NCBI GenBank assembly: GCA_963702425.1
Contig: CAVPCQ010000018.1
Location: 128,001-192,000 of the forward strand
Length of the DNA stretch: 64,000 nucleotides
Direction: 5' to 3'
Origin: an uncultured Acidobacteriota bacterium
GTDB lineage: Bacteria; Acidobacteriota; Polarisedimenticolia; J045
Position numbers and translations under genes: made by a program. Every line of letters begins with the position of its first letter. Positions within the stretch are counted from its first letter, which is position 1. The notes below the pieces were generated by a model. It saw nothing but the letters and a program-made list of their open reading frames with translations, was not told the origin of the DNA and did not search any database. Positions 12,978 to 21,472 of this stretch are shown here, piece after piece.

Positions 12978-13196
12978 CGCCAGGGCGCGGCGCGCCGGAA
13001 GACGGGCTGCTCCGGCGCTGTTCGATGTGCCCCGCAAGCGTCCGCGGCCCACGCGTTGCGCACGCGCGACCAGGGTTTACGGAAATTACTGATGGAGCGA
13101 GTCCCGGCCAGCGCGTATGAAGAGCGCGCGAATCGTCCGGGGCACGACCCGGGCGAGCCGCTTGCGTTGTTTCCTCTCGGAGAGAAGGAGGTCCTC

Positions 13197-14384
13197 ATGA
13201 ACCGTTCCATGACACGCTTGGCCCTGGCGGCGCTCGCCGCCGCCGTCGCGATCGGCGGCATCGCGCCGTCGGCCGCACAGACCGTGAAGTTCACCCCGCT
13301 GGGCGTCGAGTGCGGCCCGGCCTTCTTCCCCCGGCTGTGCGTCGTCGACATGTCCGGCGATGGCCAGACGCTCCTGTTCCAGGACCGCCTCTGGACCGCC
13401 GACGGCCAGGTCCTGATGATCGGCGCCCCGCCCAGCGGCTACTACGAGGTCACGGCGCTCTCGGACGACGGCTCCACCGTCGTCGGCAACATCTACGTGA
13501 CCGACGGCCCGCTGGCACCGCACCTCGAGGCCGCGATCTGGCTCGGCGGGAACGAGTGGCGCTCGCTCGGCTACCTGCCGGGCTCGGGCCCCTGCGGTGA
13601 CAACCTGACCTCCGCCTTCGACGTCAGCGGCGACGGGAGCAAGGTCGTGGGCCTGGCCTGGCTCGCCCCGGACTGCGCCGGCACCGCGCACGGCTTCCAG
13701 TGGACCGAGGAGACCGAGATGGTCGACCTCGGCGCGATCGTCGACGGCCGGGCGAGCCGCGGCAACGCGATCTCCGCCGACGGGAACGTGATCGCCGGCT
13801 GGAGCGACTCCTCGTTCGGCGCCCGGCTGGCCGCGCAGATCCGCAACGGCGGCGACTGGGAGTGGATCACCCCCGATGGCGAGCCGATCCAGGCCGGCGA
13901 GGCGCTCGCGGTCAACTCGGACGGCAGCATCCTCGTCGGCGGCGGGTACTTCGATGCGTCCGTCAGCAGCGCGGGAGCGCCGGCCTACGAGCCCTGGCTG
14001 TGGAGCGAGGCCACCGGCCTGATCCACCTGGGCACCGTCAAGGGGCTGCGCGGTGCAGTCATCGACGGCCAGCACTACGCCAACGACGTCAGCGACGACG
14101 GGAGCGTGGTCATCGGCTTCGACACGCTCTTCAACCTCGGGGAGCGCTGGGCCTTCATCTGGACCGAGACCGGCGGCATCCGGATGCTGCAGGACTACGT
14201 CCGCCAGTACACCGACGCGGCGACCCGGGCGAAGATCTGCACCGCCCAGCGCGGCGCGCTCCAGCCCTGCAGCAAGTGGGACTTCGCGACCCCGAGCGCG
14301 ATCTCGAACGACGGCAAGGTCATCGTCGGCACCGGACGCAACCCGGCCGGCAACTGGGAAGCGTTCAAGATCACGCTCCCGTAG
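13197..14384 (+). CDS. Secreted HAF-type extracellular repeat protein
   Basis: AAGGAG RBS; signal peptide; about seven repeats of A(I/V)SxDGxVxVG and one AHGFQWT...MVDLG. Confidence 0.85.
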   Translation: MNRSMTRLALAALAAAVAIGGIAPSAAQTVKFTPLGVECGPAFFPRLCVVDMSGDGQTLLFQDRLWTADGQVLMIGAPPSGYYEVTALSDDGSTVVGNIYVTDGPLAPHLEAAIWLGGNEWRSLGYLPGSGPCGDNLTSAFDVSGDGSKVVGLAWLAPDCAGTAHGFQWTEETEMVDLGAIVDGRASRGNAISADGNVIAGWSDSSFGARLAAQIRNGGDWEWITPDGEPIQAGEALAVNSDGSILVGGGYFDASVSSAGAPAYEPWLWSEATGLIHLGTVKGLRGAVIDGQHYANDVSDDGSVVIGFDTLFNLGERWAFIWTETGGIRMLQDYVRQYTDAATRAKICTAQRGALQPCSKWDFATPSAISNDGKVIVGTGRNPAGNWEAFKITLP

Positions 14385-14406
14385 GGGCCGGCCTCTGTGC
14401 CGGCCC
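14381..14406 (+). repeat. GTAG-type REP palindrome
   Basis: Identical to 11143-11168. Its TAG is the stop codon of the upstream gene. Confidence 0.8.
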
Positions 14407-14428
14407 GCATTCGCGCCGGCCCAACCAA

Positions 14429-14463
14429 CCCCGGGGACGCCACGGCGTTCCCGGGGTCTTTTC
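14429..14463 (+). terminator. Intrinsic terminator
   Basis: CCCCGGGGACGCC-AC-GGCGTTCCCCGGGG hairpin followed by TCTTTT, between convergent genes. Confidence 0.7.
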
Positions 14464-14470
14464 GTTCCGG

Positions 14471-15130
14471 TCAGTGCATCGCCGCGACGAGCGGCCGCTC
14501 CGCGACGATCGTCGCCTCGACTTCCGCCAGGATCGCGATCCGGCGCTCGACCCGCGCCACCGGCAGCACTGCCATCGCCAGGTCGCGGAAGGTCTCCCAG
14601 TGCCGCCCCTCCGCCTGCGCCAGCAGGCGGTAGAAGTGGCCGAGTGCCTCGCGGTCCGGGATCTCGGCCGGCAGCGTGTGCCGCGCGTCGAGCAGCGCCG
14701 CCGCCAGCAGCCGGAAGCGCTCGCACGAGCGCGCTTCCACGAACGCATTGACCAGCAGCAGGTCGCCGTACGCCCCCAGCCCCTCCGCCGTGCGGAAGCC
14801 GCGCTGGCGCAGCTCGTGGACGTAGCGGTCGGGGAGCGGGCGCGACAGCGTGCCGCCGCGGGCCTCGATCAGGTCGAGCACCTGCCGGAAGTGGTGCAGC
14901 TCCTCGTGCGCCAGCGCCATCATCGGACGGACCAGCTCCGCCCGGTCGGGGAAACGCCCGATCAGCGCCAGCGCGGAGGACGCGGCCTTCTGCTCGCAGA
15001 GCGCGTGGTCGACCAGCAGCGCGTCGAGCTGCGCCAGCGCGACGTCGACCCAGCGCGGGTCGGTACTTCGGACGAGCGGCAGGCCGTCGAGCGGGTCGGC
15101 CCAGGGCAGATCGGGGGCGGCGGATTCCAT
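14471..15130 (-). CDS. miaE: tRNA 2-methylthio-N6-isopentenyladenosine hydroxylase
   Basis: Di-iron motifs LVDHALCEQKAA, HEELHHF, EARSCERF and EGRH. Confidence 0.9.
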   Translation of the reverse strand: MESAAPDLPWADPLDGLPLVRSTDPRWVDVALAQLDALLVDHALCEQKAASSALALIGRFPDRAELVRPMMALAHEELHHFRQVLDLIEARGGTLSRPLPDRYVHELRQRGFRTAEGLGAYGDLLLVNAFVEARSCERFRLLAAALLDARHTLPAEIPDREALGHFYRLLAQAEGRHWETFRDLAMAVLPVARVERRIAILAEVEATIVAERPLVAAMH

Positions 15131-15160
15131 CCGGGATACACTCCGCGCGGAGCTTAGCCG

Positions 15161-16441
15161 ATGACGAACGATCCGACCCGGGTGGCGGCGGCCGTGCCCG
15201 ACAAGGCGGCGATGGGGTCCGCAGCCGCCGGCGCTTCGGCTGGCGCCGTGTCCGCTCCGGCAGCCGGCCTCGCGCGCCCCGCCGGCCTGCCGCCCGGTAC
15301 CGTGAGCTGGCTCGAGATCGACCTCGACGCGGTCCGCGCCAACGTGCGGGCCTTCGTTGGGCGGCTCGCGCCCGGCGCCAAGCTGATCGCGGTCGTCAAG
15401 TCCGACGCCTACGGCCACGGGATGGCGCTCGTCGCGCCGGCGGCGCTCGAGGCGGGCGCGTCGTGGCTGGCGGTCGGCGGGCTGGCCGAGGCGATCGCGC
15501 TGCGCGCGCAGCTCGGGCCGGCGGTGCCGATCGTGTGCCTGAACCACGTCCCCGGCCCGGACGCCGGCGAGGCGGTGGCGCACGACGTACGGCTGACGCT
15601 CTACGGCCCCGAGGCGCTGCCCTCGCTGTCGGCCGCTGCGACGCGGCTCGGCCGCCCGGCGCGGGTGCACGTGAAGGTCGAGACCGGCACGCACCGCCAG
15701 GGGCTCGATGCGCGCGAGGCGCTGGCGCTGGCGCGGCAGGCGGCGGCGGCGCCGGGCGTCGTCGTCGAGGGGCTGTCCACGCACTACGCCGACATCGAGG
15801 ACACGACCGACCACGGCTACGCGGAAAAGCAGCTCGCGGCGTTTCAGGCCGCGGTCGAGCTGTTCCGCGAGGCGGGCGCCGTACCGCCGCTGCTCCACAC
15901 CGCGTGCTCCGCAGCGACGATCCTGTTCCAGCGCACGCACTTCGACCTCGCGCGCGCCGGGATCGGGATCTACGGCCTGTGGCCCTCGCGCGAGACGTAC
16001 GTGTCGGCGCGCGAGCGCGGCGTGGCGCCGGAGTTCGCGCTGATGCCGGCGCTGACCTGGAAGTGCATCGTGGCGCAGGTCAAGGACGTGCCGGCCGGAG
16101 CGTACGTCGGCTACGGCCGCACCTGGCGCGCGACGCGGCCGACGCGGATCGCGGTCCTGCCGGTCGGCTACTACGAGGGCTACCCGCGCGCCGCGTCGGG
16201 CCGCGCGCACGCGCTGATCGGCGGCCAGCGTAGCGAGATCGTCGGCCGGATCTGCATGAACATGATGATGGCCGACGTGACCGACCTCCCCGCCGTGCAG
16301 GCCGGTGACGAGGCCGTGCTGATCGGCACCTCGGGCGAGGAGAAGATCCGCGCCGAGGACGTCGCCGGATGGGCCGGGACGATCCACTACGAGATCGTCT
16401 CGCGGATCCACCCGGGCCTGCCGCGGGTGGGGAAGGGCTGA
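15161..16441 (+). CDS. alr: Alanine racemase
   Basis: AVVKSDAYGHG (PLP lysine), HVKVETGTHRQG, VGYGRTW, GYYEGYPR, GRICMN, GTIHYEI. Confidence 0.96.
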   Translation: MTNDPTRVAAAVPDKAAMGSAAAGASAGAVSAPAAGLARPAGLPPGTVSWLEIDLDAVRANVRAFVGRLAPGAKLIAVVKSDAYGHGMALVAPAALEAGASWLAVGGLAEAIALRAQLGPAVPIVCLNHVPGPDAGEAVAHDVRLTLYGPEALPSLSAAATRLGRPARVHVKVETGTHRQGLDAREALALARQAAAAPGVVVEGLSTHYADIEDTTDHGYAEKQLAAFQAAVELFREAGAVPPLLHTACSAATILFQRTHFDLARAGIGIYGLWPSRETYVSARERGVAPEFALMPALTWKCIVAQVKDVPAGAYVGYGRTWRATRPTRIAVLPVGYYEGYPRAASGRAHALIGGQRSEIVGRICMNMMMADVTDLPAVQAGDEAVLIGTSGEEKIRAEDVAGWAGTIHYEIVSRIHPGLPRVGKG

Positions 16442-16469
16442 AGGAGCGGCAAGAGGCGCCCATCCCGCC

Positions 16470-17633
16470 TCAGCGCCGTCGTGCCTTGACGGTTGGCGCC
16501 GTCGCCTCCTCGACCAGCCGGTCGAGCCCGACGAAGCGAACCCGCAACTCGCCGAAGCGTTTGTCGTACGGCCGGTCCACGTCGGTGGCGACGACGAGGT
16601 TGGGGCCCGTCGGGTATCTTCCGCGGAACGCCCGAAGGCTCGACGGATCGAAATCGCTCGCCGACCGCTTGCACTCGATCGCCACCGGCGGTCGGCCGCG
16701 GGGGGCGAGCACGAAGTCGACCTCGTTCCCGTGCTTGCTCCTCCAGTAGGAGATGCGCCGCGACTGAAGGCGGGCGTGCAGCTCGTTCAGTACGAAGTGC
16801 TCCCACAACAGGCCGATATCCTCCCGGCGGAGCGAGTCCCAACCGCGATGGTGGCAGACGAGGCCGGTGTCGAAGCCGTAGACCTTCGGCGCTGCGACGA
16901 TCTCCTGCGCGCGACGGCTGGCGTAGGGCCGCACGACGTGCGCCACGAACGTGGCTTCGAGCACGGCCAGGTAGTTCGTGACCGTCGTGCGGCTGACCTC
17001 GCAATCGCGAGCGAAGCGCGTGGCCTCGAAGATGCCGCCGCTCTGGGCCATCATCAGCTCGACCAGCCGGCGGAACGACTGTCGCCGCTCCAGCCGGAAG
17101 AGCTCGAGGATGTCCTTCGCCCAATAGGCGTCGATCCACTCCTCGAACTCCCGCTCCGGAAGCTCGTCGGCGAGGTAGAAGGACGGCAAGCCCCCGCGGA
17201 GCAGCCGGTGCTCGAGGCTCTCCCCCCCGAATTGCACGTGGTCCACAAGCGTCATCGGCGTGAGCCAGACCTCCTCCTTGCGCCCGGCGAGGGTGTCGCG
17301 GAAGCGCGCGGTGGCACCCAGCGTGGAGGACCCGGTTGCGAGGAGGCGCACCTCGGGGTGATGGTCGGCCGCGAGCTTCAGCACCTCGGCGGGGTTTGGC
17401 AGGCGGTGGACTTCGTCGAGGACAACCCGTTTTCCCTCGAGGCTTCCGAGGAAGGCCTCGACATCCTCGATCTGGCGCCGCACGCGCGACCGCTCGCAGT
17501 CGAAGTACTCGACGTGGGGAAGGCTGCGCGCGAGCACGGTCTTCCCGACCCGGCGCACACCCATCAGCCACACGACGGGACGGCGCACCCAAGCCTGCTC
17601 GATCACGGCCTGCCAGAACGGGCGCGGGATCAT
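16470..17633 (-). CDS. AAA_14 ATPase with DUF4143 and a C-terminal PD-(D/E)xK-like motif
   Basis: GVRRVGKT, LDEVH, ATGSS, RGGLP, PKVYGFDTG and YWRSKHGNEVDFV...AIECK. Confidence 0.9.
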   Translation of the reverse strand: MIPRPFWQAVIEQAWVRRPVVWLMGVRRVGKTVLARSLPHVEYFDCERSRVRRQIEDVEAFLGSLEGKRVVLDEVHRLPNPAEVLKLAADHHPEVRLLATGSSTLGATARFRDTLAGRKEEVWLTPMTLVDHVQFGGESLEHRLLRGGLPSFYLADELPEREFEEWIDAYWAKDILELFRLERRQSFRRLVELMMAQSGGIFEATRFARDCEVSRTTVTNYLAVLEATFVAHVVRPYASRRAQEIVAAPKVYGFDTGLVCHHRGWDSLRREDIGLLWEHFVLNELHARLQSRRISYWRSKHGNEVDFVLAPRGRPPVAIECKRSASDFDPSSLRAFRGRYPTGPNLVVATDVDRPYDKRFGELRVRFVGLDRLVEEATAPTVKARRR

Positions 17634-17644
17634 GGAAAACATGA

Positions 17645-17669
17645 TTGCACTTGGTTCAACCAAATGCAA
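17645..17669. promoter_or_regulatory. 25-bp palindromic operator candidate
   Basis: TTGCA-C-TTGGTT-C-AACCAA-A-TGCAA, 11 bp upstream of the DUF4143 ATPase start. Confidence 0.55.
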
Positions 17670-17796
17670 CACGGATTGCGTTTGGCTCATCCACGGTATC
17701 CGGCACAGGCACGCCGCAGACTGGGCTGGAAGGGGTGCGACGCATGGTATGGGCCCCCGCCTTGCGCCCGCCCCGCAAAGCTGGCAAGAAATCCCC

Positions 17797-18996
17797 GTGC
17801 GCTGGGCATCCTCCCTCTCCGAACGCCCCGACCTGGGCCAGGCCGCAGCCGAAGCGGCGGCCGAGGTCAAGGCCGCGCTCGGCGGCGCGGCGCCCGACCT
17901 GGTCCTGGTCTTCGTTTCCGCCGCTCACGCCGCGTCCTACACCCGCGTCCCCGCGACCTTCTCCGCTTTCTTCCCGCGCGCCACCATCGCCGGCTGCAGC
18001 GGCGGCGGCGTGATCGGTGACGGGCGCGAGGTCGAGGCCGCGCCGGCGCTGTCGGTCACCGCGGCGGTGCTGCCCGGCGTGACCGTGACGCCGCTCCGGA
18101 TCGCCTCCGGGCGCCCGCTCCCGCCGCCGTCGGACGCCGACGCCTGGCACGCGCTGATCGGCGTGCCGCCCGCGGACCGTCCGCACTTCATCCTGATGCC
18201 CGATCCCTTCACCTCCGAGGCCGAGGAGCTGGTCCGCGGCCTCGACGCCGCGTACCCGGCGGGCCGCAAGATCGGCGGCCTCGCCAGCGGCGGCGAGGCG
18301 CCGGGGCAGAGCGCGCTCTTCCTCGACCAGGAGTTCTTCCGCACCGGTACCGTCGGCGTCGCGCTGCACGGCAACATCGCGGTCGACACGATCGTCGCGC
18401 AGGGCTGTCGGCCGCTCGGCGACCCGCTGGCGATTACCGAGTGCGAGGACAACGTCGTCTACGCGCTCGGCGGCGCCGCGCCGATGAAGGTGCTGGGCGA
18501 GATCTTCGAGGGGGCGGGGGAGCGCGAGCAGTCGTTGATGCGCCATTCGCTCTTCGTCGGGCTCGAGATGCGCGAGGGGCAGGCCGCGTTCCGCGACGGG
18601 GAGCTGCTGGTGCGCAACATCGTCGGCGCCGATCAGGACTCGGGGGCGCTGGCGATCGGCGCGTACCCGCGCGAGCACCAGGTGCTGCAGTTCGTGCTGC
18701 GCGACGCGGAGGCGGCACGGGCCGATCTCGACGAGCAGCTCGGGCGCTATGCGCGCGGCGTCGCGGCGGAGCCCGCGGGGCGGCCGGGGCCGGCGGGGGC
18801 GCTGCTCTTCTCGTGCCTGGGGCGCGGGCAGCAGCTCTTCGGCGAGCCGGACCACGACAGCCGGCGGCTGTTCGAGCACCTCGGGCGGATGCCGCTGGGC
18901 GGGTTCTTCTGCAACGGCGAGATCGGGCAGGTCGGGGGAGAGACCTTCCTGCACGGGTACACGAGCTGCTTCGGGGTGTTCCGGCCGCTGACGTAG
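17797..18996 (+). CDS. FIST signal-transduction domain protein (FIST_N and FIST_C)
   Basis: GCSGGGVIG, GGLASG, VAQGCRPLG, ALLFSCLGRG, GFFCNGEIG, LHGYT. Confidence 0.92.
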   Translation: MRWASSLSERPDLGQAAAEAAAEVKAALGGAAPDLVLVFVSAAHAASYTRVPATFSAFFPRATIAGCSGGGVIGDGREVEAAPALSVTAAVLPGVTVTPLRIASGRPLPPPSDADAWHALIGVPPADRPHFILMPDPFTSEAEELVRGLDAAYPAGRKIGGLASGGEAPGQSALFLDQEFFRTGTVGVALHGNIAVDTIVAQGCRPLGDPLAITECEDNVVYALGGAAPMKVLGEIFEGAGEREQSLMRHSLFVGLEMREGQAAFRDGELLVRNIVGADQDSGALAIGAYPREHQVLQFVLRDAEAARADLDEQLGRYARGVAAEPAGRPGPAGALLFSCLGRGQQLFGEPDHDSRRLFEHLGRMPLGGFFCNGEIGQVGGETFLHGYTSCFGVFRPLT

Positions 18997-19067
18997 GGGC
19001 CGCCCTCCGTGGCGGCCCGCCCTGCCCGATGCGCGACCTGAGGGCCGGCACGGAGGCCGGCCCCGAC
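18993..19067. repeat. REPIN-like inverted REP doublet
   Basis: GTAGGGGCCGCCCTCCGTGGCGGCCC at 18993-19018 and an inverted variant (GTCGGGGCCGGCCTCCGTGCCGGCCC read on the - strand) at 19042-19067. Confidence 0.75.
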
Positions 19068-19085
19068 AGCGGTCCGAGCGTCCGA

Positions 19086-20048
19086 TTACAGGTTCGCGGC
19101 GATCGCCGCGATGTGCCGCTCGTCGGTCCCGCAGCAGCCGCCGAGCAGGCGCAGGCCGAAGTCCTGGCGCAGCGCGGCCATCGCCGCGCCCCACGGGCCC
19201 GGCGCGTCCGAGCGCAGTTCGCCCAACCCGTCGAGCACCTCGGGCGGAAGCGCCGAACCGTTCGCCTGCAGCCCGATCACGCGGACGATCGCGCTCGCCG
19301 CCCGCGCCGTGACGACCGCGCGCGACCGCGCCGCGACGGCCGCAAGCGCCTCCCGGCACGGCCCCGGGTGGACGCAGTTGATCGTGTAGGCGACCGGTGC
19401 GGGCCGCATGTCGCGGTCGATCGCCTCGATCGCTTCCTCGAGCGGCGTCCCGTCGAGCAGCGTCCCGTCGGCGCGCACGATGAAGCTCAGCAGGTAGGGC
19501 GTGCCGGTACCGGCCATCGCCCGCGCCAGGCCGCGCGCCTCGGAGAGCGCCGGCAGCGTCTGCGCGGTCAGCAGGTCGACCCCGGCCTCTGCCAGCAGGC
19601 CGGCCTGCCACGCGTGCAGCGCCTCGGCCTCGCGCTCGCCGAGCGCCGCGCGCGGGTCGTACGCGTCCCCCTGCGGCCCGAGCAGCCCCGCGATCAGCAC
19701 CGGGCCGCCCCCTGCGGCGGCGTGCTCGCACCGCAGCGCGTCGAGCGCGGCGACGTTCTCGCGGCACAGCGCGTCGCCGGAGAGCCCGGCGCGCTCGACC
19801 GCCTCGCGGTTCGCGCGCCAGGTCGGCGTCAGCAGGACGATCGGCAGCCCGGACGCGCGCGCGACCCCGAGGTACCCGCGCCAGATCGACTCCAGCAGCG
19901 CGCGCCCCGCCGCGTCGCGGACCAGCGTCGCGGTCAGCAGCTCCGGGTGGAGCGCCCCCGGCGCACCGCGGCGCACGCGCTCCACCACCGATCCCTCGGC
20001 GAGGAGCGCGGGCGCCGCCGTCAGCAGTTCTAGCGCGCGGCCGGCCAC
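19086..20048 (-). CDS. Homocysteine S-methyltransferase family protein
   Basis: TPTWRAN, GPQGDAY, INCVHP and the Zn-binding GGCCGT. The start is uncertain (a GTG overlapping the upstream gene). Confidence 0.88.
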   Translation of the reverse strand: MAGRALELLTAAPALLAEGSVVERVRRGAPGALHPELLTATLVRDAAGRALLESIWRGYLGVARASGLPIVLLTPTWRANREAVERAGLSGDALCRENVAALDALRCEHAAAGGGPVLIAGLLGPQGDAYDPRAALGEREAEALHAWQAGLLAEAGVDLLTAQTLPALSEARGLARAMAGTGTPYLLSFIVRADGTLLDGTPLEEAIEAIDRDMRPAPVAYTINCVHPGPCREALAAVAARSRAVVTARAASAIVRVIGLQANGSALPPEVLDGLGELRSDAPGPWGAAMAALRQDFGLRLLGGCCGTDERHIAAIAANL

Positions 20049-20593
20049 AGCAGCATGAAGATCACGCCCGTGATCAATCCGTAGACGACGCCGTCGAAGC
20101 AGTTCTTCAGCGTCACGGACCACGGCCGGTAGAACCAGATCGAGTCGGGGATGCCGGCCAGCGCGTAGATCGCGATCGCGATCGTCCCGGTGATCCGCAT
20201 CACGGTGTGCCCGTCCTGGCCGAACTGCAGCGTGTGCCGCGCGAGGTAGGCGACGATGAAGCTGACCACGAAGTAGAAGAGGAACGACAGGGCCATGTTG
20301 CGTCCCATGTTCGGCGCGCCGTTGCGACCGACCACCAGCAGCGCGACGGGCCCCTCGTCGAAGCGCTTCATGAACTCCTTGTCGTCGCGCCCCTTCGCGT
20401 CCTGCCAGTAGGGGGTGACGTACTGTCCCGGAGCGATCTTGCCGCCGCCGTAGAGGGCGCGGAGCTTCTCCTCGTCCGGGAGCTTCCTGAAATCGGCGGC
20501 GTGATAGCCGAGCAGCATCCAGATCAGAGCGCTGGCGATCCAGACGACGACCGCCGCGACGACGACGGGCAACCAGAGCGAAAGGAATGGCAT
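20030..20593 (-). CDS. Hypothetical four-TM membrane protein (possibly DUF1761-like)
   Basis: Four hydrophobic segments; GAGGAGG RBS; typical codon usage. Confidence 0.75.
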   Translation of the reverse strand: MPFLSLWLPVVVAAVVVWIASALIWMLLGYHAADFRKLPDEEKLRALYGGGKIAPGQYVTPYWQDAKGRDDKEFMKRFDEGPVALLVVGRNGAPNMGRNMALSFLFYFVVSFIVAYLARHTLQFGQDGHTVMRITGTIAIAIYALAGIPDSIWFYRPWSVTLKNCFDGVVYGLITGVIFMLLWPAAR

Positions 20594-20653
20594 GGGGATC
20601 CCTCCTCGAGGATGCACTTTACATCGACTGACGGGCGGGCCGCGCGGCTCCTG

Positions 20654-21472
20654 TCACGACGCGGCCGCGGCGTCGACGCCGCGGCGGAACAGCTCGAGCC
20701 CCGCCGGGACGATCCGGCCGGCCGGATCGTCCGCCCGCCGCCAGTCCGGATGGTGCCAGGCGTGCAGGAACGCGTCCGGATGCGGCATCAGCCCCAGCAC
20801 GCGGCCCGTCGGGTCGCAGACCCCCGCGACGCCGCGCGCCGAGCCGTTCGGGTTGGCCGGCCAGGCCTCGGTCGGACGGCCATCCGGGCCGGCGTAGCGC
20901 AGCGCGAGCTGGCCGCGCGACTCGAGGCGGTCGAGCGCGGCCTCCGACTCGACGACGAACTTCCCCTCGCCGTGCCGGGCCGGGAGGTCGAACGTCCCCA
21001 GCCCCTTCGTCCAGAGACACGGCGAGGCCGGATCGACCGTCACCCGCACCCACGCGTCGCGGTAGCCGAGGCGATCGTTGTTGGTCAGCGCGGCGCGCGG
21101 GACGAAGTCATGCGCGCCCACGTCCGGGCCGGGCAGCAGCCCCAGCCGGACCAGCGTCTGGAACCCGTTGCAGATCCCGAGCACCAGGCCGCCGCCGGCC
21201 AGGAACGCGGCCAGGTCGTCCTGCAGGTGGGCGCGTACCCGGGTCGCGAGCACGAACCCGCCGGCGATGTGGTCGCCGTACGCGAAGCCGCCGACGAACG
21301 CGAGGATCCGGTAGTCGGCGATCCGCCGCGGGTGACGGCGCGTGAAGAGGTCGGTCAGGTGGACGAGGTCGACGTCGGCGCCGACCGTGCGGAACGCGTG
21401 CGCGGTCTCGGCCTCGCAGTTGAGGCCGAGACCGGTCGGGATCAGGACCTTCACCGCTCCCGCGCCGCTCAT
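20654..21472 (-). CDS. purQ: Phosphoribosylformylglycinamidine synthase, glutaminase subunit
   Basis: GLNCEAET, GGFAYGD, LGICNGFQ, HGEG, NPNGS and GLMPHP. Its ATG overlaps the purL TGA. Confidence 0.92.
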   Translation of the reverse strand: MSGAGAVKVLIPTGLGLNCEAETAHAFRTVGADVDLVHLTDLFTRRHPRRIADYRILAFVGGFAYGDHIAGGFVLATRVRAHLQDDLAAFLAGGGLVLGICNGFQTLVRLGLLPGPDVGAHDFVPRAALTNNDRLGYRDAWVRVTVDPASPCLWTKGLGTFDLPARHGEGKFVVESEAALDRLESRGQLALRYAGPDGRPTEAWPANPNGSARGVAGVCDPTGRVLGLMPHPDAFLHAWHHPDWRRADDPAGRIVPAGLELFRRGVDAAAAS

